Part shown: in pieces, positions 56,751-64,000 of the stretch
Position numbering within the stretch: the first letter of the stretch is position 1
How the letters are laid out: every line of letters starts with the position of its first letter
DNA from: Abditibacterium sp.
GTDB taxonomy: Bacteria; Armatimonadota; Abditibacteriia; Abditibacteriales; Abditibacteriaceae
DNA: 64,000 bases
Direction: 5' to 3'
Assembly (NCBI GenBank): GCA_965199495.1
Contig: CBDASK010000003.1
Location: forward strand, 4,384,001 to 4,448,000
The notes under the pieces: generated by a model
The model's database searches: none
The model's input: only the letters and a program-made list of their open reading frames with translations
Told to the model about the DNA's origin: nothing
Position numbers and translations under genes: made by a program

Positions 56751-58616
56751 ATGCCAATTCCATCCATTCGATCTTTTCCCCAAATTTCTCCCCTGTTCGC
56801 CGTGGCTGTTGCCACGGCGCTGACTATTTCTGCGGCGCGAGCGCAAGAAGTCGCCGTCGCCAGTCCCGACGGTCACATTCGCGCGTTGATTAATTCGACA
56901 GCCAACGGCATTAACTATCGCGTGACCAACGATCAACGCGCCGTGATTTTGCCGTCGCCCTTGGGCATCAGCGTGGACGGGCGTAATTTGGCGACCGGCG
57001 CGACTTTGCAGGCCGGAGCATCGCGCCAATTCCGCGAAAATTATCCCGTTCGGGGCGTTCATAACACCGCGCTCAATTTTTACAACGAAACGATTTTCGC
57101 GGCGCGTAGCGGAGCCAACCAAACGCCGTGGCAACTCGAAGTGCGCGCCTTCAATGATGGCGTGGCGATGCGCTATCGCGTGCCCGGAACGGGACAACAC
57201 CATGTTGACGGCGAAAGCACCGGCTGGCAGTTGCCATCCGGCAGCGTGACCTGGGCGCAAAGTAGCACCGATTCCTACGAACGTCCCTACCTCGAACAAA
57301 CGGTGGATACGCTCGCCCCGAACTCAAAGATTGCGGCGCCGCTCGTGGCCAAACTCCCCGGCGGCGCTGGTTACGCGTTTGTCAGCGAAGCCAATTTGGT
57401 CAATTACAGCGACATGGCGCTTCGCGTGGGCGAAAGAGGCGCGGTCAGCGCTCAGTTCGATAAAAACCCCAACGGCTGGGATACCACTGGCGAAATCGTC
57501 TCGCCGTGGCGAGTGACGATGCTGGTGCCCAATTTAACCGCGCTGGTCAATTCGGATCTCCTGCGCAACCTGTGTCCGCCGCCCGCGCCCGAACTGCGTA
57601 ATGCTGCGTGGATTCAACCGGGCCGCAGCACTTGGCACTGGATCGTGACGGGGCACCCGCAGTTTTCGCAACAGCACCGGTGGGTAGATTGGACGCAGCA
57701 ACTGGGCTTTGAATACTACTTGATTGACGACGGCTGGCGCGACTGGCGCGAGGGCGACAAAGGCCAATGGCCCTTGATGAAAGAGGTGGTGGATTATGCG
57801 CGCACCAAAAACGTGAAAATTTGGGCGTGGGTCAATTCGCACGAGGTTTTTAAGCCCGAAGACCGCCTCGCTTACTTCCAAAAAGCCAAAGACGCCGGTT
57901 TGGTGGGACTGAAAATTGACTTTCCCGAAAAGCCCGATGTCGAGTGGGTCAACTGGTATGACGACGTGTTGCGCGATGCAGCCACGGCGCATTTGATGAT
58001 TGATTTTCATGGCGCGGTCAAGCCGACGGGCCGCGACCGCACCTGGCCCAATGAATTGACGCGCGAAGCCGTTCTGGGGCGCGAAAGCGGCAAATTGCCC
58101 GCGCTTCACGATACGTCTTTGCCGTTCACGCGTATGGTGCAGGGCAACGCCGATTACACGCCCACCGATTTCAGACCTGGCCGACTCGGTGGCTCCAGTT
58201 GGGCGCGCGAATTGGCGCAGGCCGTCGTTTATACCTCGCCGTTTTTGTGCTACGGCGGCAGCCCGGAAAATTATCTGCAAAACCCGGCGGTTGACGTGCT
58301 GAAATCCATTCCATCAACTTGGGACGAAACCATCGTTTTGCCCGACAGCGAAATCGGTCGCACCGCCGCCTTCGCGCGGCGCAAAGGCAACGACTGGTTC
58401 ATCGGCGTTGTCAACGGCAACGACGCGCGTCCGCTCAAAGTCAACCTCGGTTTTCTGGGCGCGGGCCGCTATAACGCCGTGTTGCTGGGCGATGACACCA
58501 CGCGCAACGACGCATGGAAACGCGAAGAACATATCGCAACCAACAAAGACACCCTGACTCTCGACCTACGCCGCGAAGGTGGTTTCGTGGCGCGCTTCAC
58601 CAAAATCAATCCTTAA
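56751..58616 (+). CDS. GH97 alpha-glucosidase/alpha-galactosidase family protein
   Basis: Motifs VASPDG, RAFNDGVAMRY, WIQPGRSTW, YYLIDDGW, GLKIDF, DFHGAVKPTG and DYTP. Confidence 0.92.
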   Translation: MPIPSIRSFPQISPLFAVAVATALTISAARAQEVAVASPDGHIRALINSTANGINYRVTNDQRAVILPSPLGISVDGRNLATGATLQAGASRQFRENYPVRGVHNTALNFYNETIFAARSGANQTPWQLEVRAFNDGVAMRYRVPGTGQHHVDGESTGWQLPSGSVTWAQSSTDSYERPYLEQTVDTLAPNSKIAAPLVAKLPGGAGYAFVSEANLVNYSDMALRVGERGAVSAQFDKNPNGWDTTGEIVSPWRVTMLVPNLTALVNSDLLRNLCPPPAPELRNAAWIQPGRSTWHWIVTGHPQFSQQHRWVDWTQQLGFEYYLIDDGWRDWREGDKGQWPLMKEVVDYARTKNVKIWAWVNSHEVFKPEDRLAYFQKAKDAGLVGLKIDFPEKPDVEWVNWYDDVLRDAATAHLMIDFHGAVKPTGRDRTWPNELTREAVLGRESGKLPALHDTSLPFTRMVQGNADYTPTDFRPGRLGGSSWARELAQAVVYTSPFLCYGGSPENYLQNPAVDVLKSIPSTWDETIVLPDSEIGRTAAFARRKGNDWFIGVVNGNDARPLKVNLGFLGAGRYNAVLLGDDTTRNDAWKREEHIATNKDTLTLDLRREGGFVARFTKINP

Positions 58617-58619
58617 CCA

Positions 58620-60614
58620 ATGAATAAATTTCGTTTTCTTACCCTCGCCTTGGCCATCGGCGGCGCCGCTCTGGTGGCGCCGCGTGTGGCGCAGGCCCAA
58701 AATCAAGTTCAGGCGAACCAAACGCAAAGCGCGACGCTACTCGATTCGCTGTTTTCCGATGACGGCATTTTGCAGCGCGACCGCGCCATCCCGATTTGGG
58801 GCCAGGCCGCGCCCGGCGAAACCGTGACGGTCAAACTCGACGACCAGACTTTGACCGCACGCGCTGATGCTTCGGGCCAGTGGATGGTGCGCGTCGGGCC
58901 GCTCCCCGCATCAGCCACGCCGCACACATTGTCGGTTTCAACTCCGACGCAAGTCGTGACGCGCCGCAACATCGTTTATGGCGATGTGTGGATTTGTTCG
59001 GGACAATCGAACATGGAATGGGGCGTCGGCAATTTGCCCAACGCCAAAGAGGAAATCGCTGCCGCCAATTATCCCAATATTCGGCTGTTCACCGTAGCGC
59101 ACAAAGTGGCGTTCACGCCGCAAACCGACCTGGGTTCTTCGCGCTGGCTGGTGTGCAATCCGCAAAACGTGGCGGCCAACGGCTGGAACGGGTTTTCGGC
59201 GGTGGGCTACTTTTTCGGGCGCAAACTGAATCAGGAATTGAACGTTCCGATTGGCCTGATTAACTCCTCGGTGAGCGGAACCGTGGCCGAAGCGTGGGTG
59301 AGCCAATCGGCGCTGGGCACGATTCCCGATTTTCGCCCGGAATTGGCGCGCGTTGCGCAAGCTGTGCGCGACCAAAACGTGCCTTTGGAGCAGAGAACCG
59401 AGGCGTGGCTGCGTCAAAGTTCGCCGAATTATCAGTCCGATTGGACCACAGCGGACGCCGCTGTTTCCAAGTGGAAAACGGCTCCGGTGCCGGGTAGCTG
59501 GGGCGGCTTAGGCATCGCTGAGCTGAATGACGACTCCAACGTCGTGCTGTTTCGCCGCGAAGTCGAAGTGCCCGCAGACTGGGCCGGTCACGATTTGCAA
59601 CTGCAACTCGGCCCCATCGACGACCGCGACACGACCTATTGGAACGGCGTCGCGGTGGGCAACACCAGCGGTTGGGACACGCCGCGCAACTATACGATTC
59701 CTGCGGCTCAGGTTAAAGCGGGGCGCAATATTCTCGCGGTGCGCGTGACCAATGACAGCGGCAGTGGCGGTTTCGGCGGCGCCCCTTCGGCGCTGCGTTT
59801 GACGCGCGACGCGAACACGTCTTTGCCTCTGGCGGGCGATTGGAAGTTTTTGTTGGTCACCACGCAGGCGCAATTGGCCACGGCGCCGATTAGCGCCGAC
59901 CAGGGAAATGCAAACGTGACGAGCGCGCTTTATAACGGCATGATCGCGCCGCTCGTGACCTTCGGTATCAAAGGAGCGATCTGGTATCAGGGCGAACAGA
60001 ACGCCTCACGCGCCGCGCAATACGAGCAACTTTTGCCCACGCTCATTCGCGATTGGCGCAGCAAGTTCGGCGAGCCGATGCCGTTTTACATCGCGCAACT
60101 GGCGGGTTATATGGCGCCCGACGACTCGCCTAAAAACGACGATTGGCCGCAACTGCGCGCCGCACAGATGAAAACCGCGCTCACGGTTCCAAATACCGGC
60201 ATCGCCATCACCACCGACATTGGCGACGAAAAAGATATTCACCCGAAAGACAAACAAGATGTCGGTTTGCGCTTGGCATTGGCGGCTTTGTCCGGGACTT
60301 ACGGCAAAAAAGTCGAAAGCTCTGGCCCGACGCTGCAAGCCGTCAAACCCGACGGCGCCAATTTGCGTTTGACGTTTTCGCATGCCGACGGCGGCCTGGC
60401 GCTGAAGGGCGATACCAGCCGCGTGTTCGCCGTGGCTGGTGCTGACCGCAACTGGTTCTGGGCCACGCCGCGCGTCGAAGGCAACACCATCGTTTTGAGT
60501 TCGCCAGTTGTCGCCCATCCCGTCGCGGCGCGCTTCGGTTGGTCGAATCTGCCACGCGCCGCGCTTTACAACGGCGCCCAATTGCCCGCCGCGCCGTTCT
60601 CGACACTTCCTTAA
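58620..60614 (+). CDS. Sialate O-acetylesterase-like SGNH esterase with an inserted beta-sandwich
   Basis: Motifs GDVWICSGQSNME, FSAVGYFFG, AIWYQGE and DIHPKDK. Confidence 0.92.
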   Translation: MNKFRFLTLALAIGGAALVAPRVAQAQNQVQANQTQSATLLDSLFSDDGILQRDRAIPIWGQAAPGETVTVKLDDQTLTARADASGQWMVRVGPLPASATPHTLSVSTPTQVVTRRNIVYGDVWICSGQSNMEWGVGNLPNAKEEIAAANYPNIRLFTVAHKVAFTPQTDLGSSRWLVCNPQNVAANGWNGFSAVGYFFGRKLNQELNVPIGLINSSVSGTVAEAWVSQSALGTIPDFRPELARVAQAVRDQNVPLEQRTEAWLRQSSPNYQSDWTTADAAVSKWKTAPVPGSWGGLGIAELNDDSNVVLFRREVEVPADWAGHDLQLQLGPIDDRDTTYWNGVAVGNTSGWDTPRNYTIPAAQVKAGRNILAVRVTNDSGSGGFGGAPSALRLTRDANTSLPLAGDWKFLLVTTQAQLATAPISADQGNANVTSALYNGMIAPLVTFGIKGAIWYQGEQNASRAAQYEQLLPTLIRDWRSKFGEPMPFYIAQLAGYMAPDDSPKNDDWPQLRAAQMKTALTVPNTGIAITTDIGDEKDIHPKDKQDVGLRLALAALSGTYGKKVESSGPTLQAVKPDGANLRLTFSHADGGLALKGDTSRVFAVAGADRNWFWATPRVEGNTIVLSSPVVAHPVAARFGWSNLPRAALYNGAQLPAAPFSTLP

Positions 60615-60634
60615 ATCGGAGGAATTTGAATGTT

Positions 60635-60678
60635 ACAAAACCCGCCTTTGCCACCAAACAAAGGCGGGTTTTGTTTTC
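60635..60678 (+). terminator. Intrinsic terminator
   Basis: ACAAAACCCGCCTTTG...CAAAGGCGGGTTTTGTTTT. Confidence 0.85.
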
Positions 60679-60781
60679 AAATACACGGTTCTAACCCTCA
60701 AGGGCAGGAAAATATCTGTTAGAAAAAGAACCTTATTGCTTATGAAGAGAGGTTAATCATACGTCAGTTTCGCATAAGTTA

Positions 60782-60847
60782 TAGAACTTACGCAGTTGAT
60801 TCTAATATTCCTCCGTAGTTTTCAAACTACGAAATGCGTAAGTCCTA
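60782..60847. mobile_element. 66-bp MITE sharing ends with the IS701-like element
   Basis: TAGAACTTACGCA...TGCGTAAGTCCTA, flanked by the direct repeat AAGTTA (60776-60781 and 60848-60853). Confidence 0.82.
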
Positions 60848-60852
60848 AAGTT

Positions 60853-60895
60853 AAAACAAATCCCGCGTTGCAAGTTGCAAGGCGGGATTTGTTTT
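60853..60895 (-). terminator. Intrinsic terminator (minus strand or bidirectional)
   Basis: AAAACAAATCCCGC..GCGGGATTTGTTTT. Confidence 0.8.
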
Positions 60896-60908
60896 CAATC
60901 AATTATCA

Positions 60909-60971
60909 TTACTGTCCGTCGTTGCGAAACGGCCAGGAAGTCAAAGCGGCGTCATTATAAAGCGTGGCACC
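60909..60971 (-). pseudogene. 3' relic of a sialate O-acetylesterase-like gene
   Basis: Encodes GATLYNDAALTSWPFRNDGQ*, resembling the family C-terminus (compare AALYNGAQLPAAPFSTLP in the neighbouring gene). Confidence 0.6.
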
Positions 60972-61041
60972 ATCGTTCCCTAAAGTCAATAATCTTGGCG
61001 ATGACAAAAGATAACTTGTGATTTCCCAGAACGCTATCATA

Positions 61042-61082
61042 CGGGCGTTTTTTGCAAAGTCACCGGGCCGAGCAAGCCCGAC
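61042..61082. repeat. 41-bp exact direct repeat of the GH106 3' end (other copy at 61730-61770)
   Basis: CGGGCGTTTTTTGCAAAGTCACCGGGCCGAGCAAGCCCGAC occurs at both positions. Confidence 0.95.
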
Positions 61083-61224
61083 TGAGCGATTGCGCCCACG
61101 ACGATTGATAGCGATCCGCTACGAGCGCCTCGTCTGGGGTGGAGATGCCTAAAGCGTATCTCAGTAGCAGTGCATCGTAGGAGCATGGCTTGCCATACCG
61201 CTATTAAGACATAAGTTCTTGGCG

Positions 61225-61629
61225 TCACCTCGCAAATTTAGCAATGGCCTCAGCCGTCACCGGGGTGAACAGGTTGACCAAATTACCGTCCGGGTCGCGG
61301 AAAAGAAGCGAGCGGTTGCCCCAGGGCATCGTCGTCGGTTCCTGCACCAGCCCGTCGCCGATCAGGTCAACGAGTTGCCGATAGTCCGCGTCAACGTCGT
61401 CCACCTGAAACTCGAGGATCGCGCTGCTGTTCGCGGCAGGCGAGGCGACATCGGTGCCACCGAATGGTTGCAAGGTTTCGACGCTGCCGATAGCCAGGGT
61501 CGCAACCCCGGTGCGGAACTCCGCGAATGTGGGCACAGGCCGGTCGGCGCTCGTCCCTGTCACGCGCTCGTAGAAGGCGACCATGCCATTGATGTCGTTG
61601 GTGATAATTCTGACTGATATGAAATTCAT
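61225..61629 (-). CDS. VOC/glyoxalase family protein
   Basis: MNFISVRIITND..EFQVDDVDADY..EPTTMPWGNRSLLFRDPDGNLVNLF. Confidence 0.92.
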   Translation of the reverse strand: MNFISVRIITNDINGMVAFYERVTGTSADRPVPTFAEFRTGVATLAIGSVETLQPFGGTDVASPAANSSAILEFQVDDVDADYRQLVDLIGDGLVQEPTTMPWGNRSLLFRDPDGNLVNLFTPVTAEAIAKFAR

Positions 61630-61724
61630 GAGGGTTTCTGTTGAGTGGGCTTTGCTTACGTTCCCACGCCTGCCATTACGGTGCGCCGTGATGCACACGA
61701 TGTGAGACAATATCCAAGTTTCCA

Positions 61725-64000
61725 TTACGCGGGCGTTTTTTGCAAAGTCACCGGGCCGAGCAAGCCCGACGGTTGTATGTCTTTTTCGGACAAGACGTTT
61801 CCAACCGTCGTGGAAGTGAAACGTTTGTCGGCGGGCTTATCGTTGTCGCCGATGAGCCGGTTCAGCCACAGGTTGGCGACGGTGACTTCCAGTTGGTTGC
61901 CCGTTGGCTTGAGCAAGCCCGCAGGAATGTTCACGCTCCAGGGCGCGCACCACACGCTGCCCAAATCGCGTCCGTTGATGCGCACCGAAGCCAGATTTTT
62001 GACGCTACCCAGCGACAGACTGTAAGTGCCGGGCGCCGTCGGTGCAGCCACGTCGAACGACGTGCGGTAAACGGCTTTGCCAGAATAATATTTGATGCCT
62101 TCTGAGGCGTTCTGGCTCCAATCGGTGAGCGTCGGAAAAGTGATGTTGGCCGGGCCGCCCCACTTGGGATCGAACGAAACGTCCCACGGACGCGAAAATG
62201 TCAGCAGCGTTTGGGGCTGGGGAAAGTTCTGTTTTGCCGCCACTTTTGTGGCGGTCGGCTTGCGGAAAACCACGAAGCCGCTCTCCTGCCCCGTAAGGCG
62301 CAACGGAACTTTGGTCACGCCGCCAGCGACAGAGTATTCGGGCAGCGCGCGCGTTTCGCCGTTGATCGGATTCCACCATTGCGGCGCCAAACCGGTCACC
62401 CGAAAACTGGCGACGGTTTGAATCGGTTGATCGCTTTTGTTGGCGATGAAATACAATTCGCCATTGCTCAAATGCCGGTGAATGGCGCGCATCGGAACGG
62501 TCGCCGCGAAATCGGGCGCCACGCCCATGCCCGACAGCACCGCCGCCGTGGCTGCATAGGGTTGGTAAATCGGTGCGAGTGGCGTCGCCAAATTCCACGG
62601 CCCGGTTTTGGATTCGCCCAAATCCGCAGCCGCGCTTTGCGGCCCGTCGGCGGTTTGCGAGGCTTGCCACGACGCGCCGGTCGTGTAATTTTTGCGGGTG
62701 CCATCGGTGTAGAAAACGCGGATCGCGCCGATGATTCCGGCGGGGTTGGGCGTGTCGCCGGTGGGCGTATCGCTGTCGTTGACGGCTTCGACGCGCACTT
62801 GATTGGTTCCCGCGCGCAAGTAGCTTTTCGCATCGAAACTGTCGATGTTGTGAAAATTATTGCCAGCGCCGACGAGTTTGTCGTTGATGAACAACCGAAA
62901 CGAGTTGTCGCCCGTCATTAAAGCGACCGCATCTTGTATTTTGCGGTTCGCATCCACTTCGATTGTGGTGCGAAAGTAACGTGTTCCAACCGGCGCGCTC
63001 GACGCGGGATTGCCTTCGGCATACCAAATCCAACGGGCGTCTTCCAGCGAAGGGCCGCTGTTGGCACCCGACATGGACGAAAGCACGACGCGGCCCTTGC
63101 CGACTTTGCGCGAGCTTCCCGTTCCCCACAGTTGAGCTGCCAAAGCGCGCACCTGAGCATCGGCGGCGGGAAAGTTGGTCAGGCTCGGCGATGCCGAGGG
63201 CGGGCTGCCGATAATGGTCGCGCCCGCTTGCGCCAATTCGTTGAGTTTGCGCAGCAGTTGCGGCGTCATGGTTGGCCACTGCGGCAGCACCAACACGCGA
63301 TAACTTGCGCCGCCGGGAAAGGCGATTTGGCCGTTCTTGACCGTCGCGTTACGCATCAAGGTGCGCGGCGAGCAGCCATCGAAACCGTAGCCTTTGCGGT
63401 CGGGCAACTCGTCGGTGAGCGCGTCGGCGGGCGGCGTAAAAACGTCGGGCGCGCCTTCGGGCGTCAGGTAGAGAATGTCGGCGACCGGCGCGCCCTGGCG
63501 CAGCATCTCGCTGGAACGCGAAATGTATTGGTGAAAAGCGGGCACCATGTCCCACCAAGTCTCGTGGCTATCCCAATGCACGCCATAACGTTCCATCGTC
63601 ATGCCGGGAAACCTGTTGACATCGGGCTGATGCTGGTAGGTGTGAAACACGATTTTGTTCAGCCCCGCGCACAGCGCCCAGTCGAGTTGGGCCTTCATCA
63701 CACCGGGATATAAGCGCCAGTAATCGCCCGAAGCGGTGAACGATTCGGCGCCGATGATATTTTTGCCGTTGGTATGACCGACCGAAACCGCTTCGTAAAC
63801 GCTGAAGTTGGCATCGTAGCCGTAGCCGCGCGCCCAAAACTCGCCCATCGGCAAATCGGCTGTCGAACCCAGATCGAGGTCGCCCGCCGGATTCATATCG
63901 TAAGGCTCGACCGAAAACTTCAGGCCGCGCCCGTGCGCGTAGGCTTTGAGGGGCAGCGCGTGGTTTTCGATGACTAACTCGGAAGCCGTTTGGCGCAAAT
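61725..64000 (-). CDS. GH106 alpha-L-rhamnosidase-like protein (5'-partial)
   Basis: Motifs DLPMGEFW, IGAESFT, IVFHTYQHQP, IKYYSGKAVY, LEVTVANLWLNRLIGD and SGLLGPV; the frame runs off the window end. Confidence 0.88.
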   Translation of the reverse strand, partial: LRQTASELVIENHALPLKAYAHGRGLKFSVEPYDMNPAGDLDLGSTADLPMGEFWARGYGYDANFSVYEAVSVGHTNGKNIIGAESFTASGDYWRLYPGVMKAQLDWALCAGLNKIVFHTYQHQPDVNRFPGMTMERYGVHWDSHETWWDMVPAFHQYISRSSEMLRQGAPVADILYLTPEGAPDVFTPPADALTDELPDRKGYGFDGCSPRTLMRNATVKNGQIAFPGGASYRVLVLPQWPTMTPQLLRKLNELAQAGATIIGSPPSASPSLTNFPAADAQVRALAAQLWGTGSSRKVGKGRVVLSSMSGANSGPSLEDARWIWYAEGNPASSAPVGTRYFRTTIEVDANRKIQDAVALMTGDNSFRLFINDKLVGAGNNFHNIDSFDAKSYLRAGTNQVRVEAVNDSDTPTGDTPNPAGIIGAIRVFYTDGTRKNYTTGASWQASQTADGPQSAAADLGESKTGPWNLATPLAPIYQPYAATAAVLSGMGVAPDFAATVPMRAIHRHLSNGELYFIANKSDQPIQTVASFRVTGLAPQWWNPINGETRALPEYSVAGGVTKVPLRLTGQESGFVVFRKPTATKVAAKQNFPQPQTLLTFSRPWDVSFDPKWGGPANITFPTLTDWSQNASEGIKYYSGKAVYRTSFDVAAPTAPGTYSLSLGSVKNLASVRINGRDLGSVWCAPWSVNIPAGLLKPTGNQLEVTVANLWLNRLIGDNDKPADKRFTSTTVGNVLSEKDIQPSGLLGPVTLQKTPA

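Noticed and set aside
61037..61228. 63-aa ORF ending in SGLLGPVTLQKTPV
   Set aside because: It arises from the 41-bp duplication; the rest has no coding signal.
1979..63977. Many long alternative-frame or antisense ORFs (e.g. 1979..3265, 7065..8237, 12903..14108, 35699..37378, 49576..50736)
   Set aside because: They overlap well-supported genes, are Arg/Ala-rich and lack motifs, as expected for shadow ORFs in GC-rich DNA.
1..64000. CRISPR array, rRNA, tRNA or riboswitch
   Set aside because: No regularly spaced direct repeats or recognisable structured RNA were seen by eye. A covariance-model scan was not possible, so small RNAs cannot be excluded.

Overview
A 64-kb carbohydrate-utilisation region. 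It probably comes from an Abditibacteriota/Armatimonadota-type bacterium, an inference from the [36 protein letters not shown] prepilin-type proteins and the GC-rich codon usage. It encodes about 20 mostly secreted CAZymes (GH92 x2, GH2 x4, GH28-like x5, GH27, GH32, GH67, GH76, GH97, GH106, GH115, an SGNH acetylesterase and a clan-D-like unknown). It also encodes two beta-propeller proteins, one secreted protein of unknown family, an ExuT-like MFS transporter, two near-identical AraC regulators and two LacI regulators. No SusC/SusD pair or ABC importer is present. Instead, three intact DUF1559/H-X9-DG pilin-like genes and one relic sit at the heads of the CAZyme runs. Each intact copy lies behind the same promoter-like motif (GTTTG...N17...TAnnnT), has its own candidate operator, and is followed by a hairpin. 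This pilin-headed PUL architecture is the best candidate for an undescribed system. The region also shows turnover: an IS701-like element inserted at a start codon, a 66-bp MITE with the same ends, an IS200 tnpA relic, GTAG-type REP doublets that supply stop codons, a VOC gene flanked by a 41-bp duplication of a gene end, a nonsense-split GH67, and several small gene relics at junctions. Family assignments come from motif recognition only; no database search was run.
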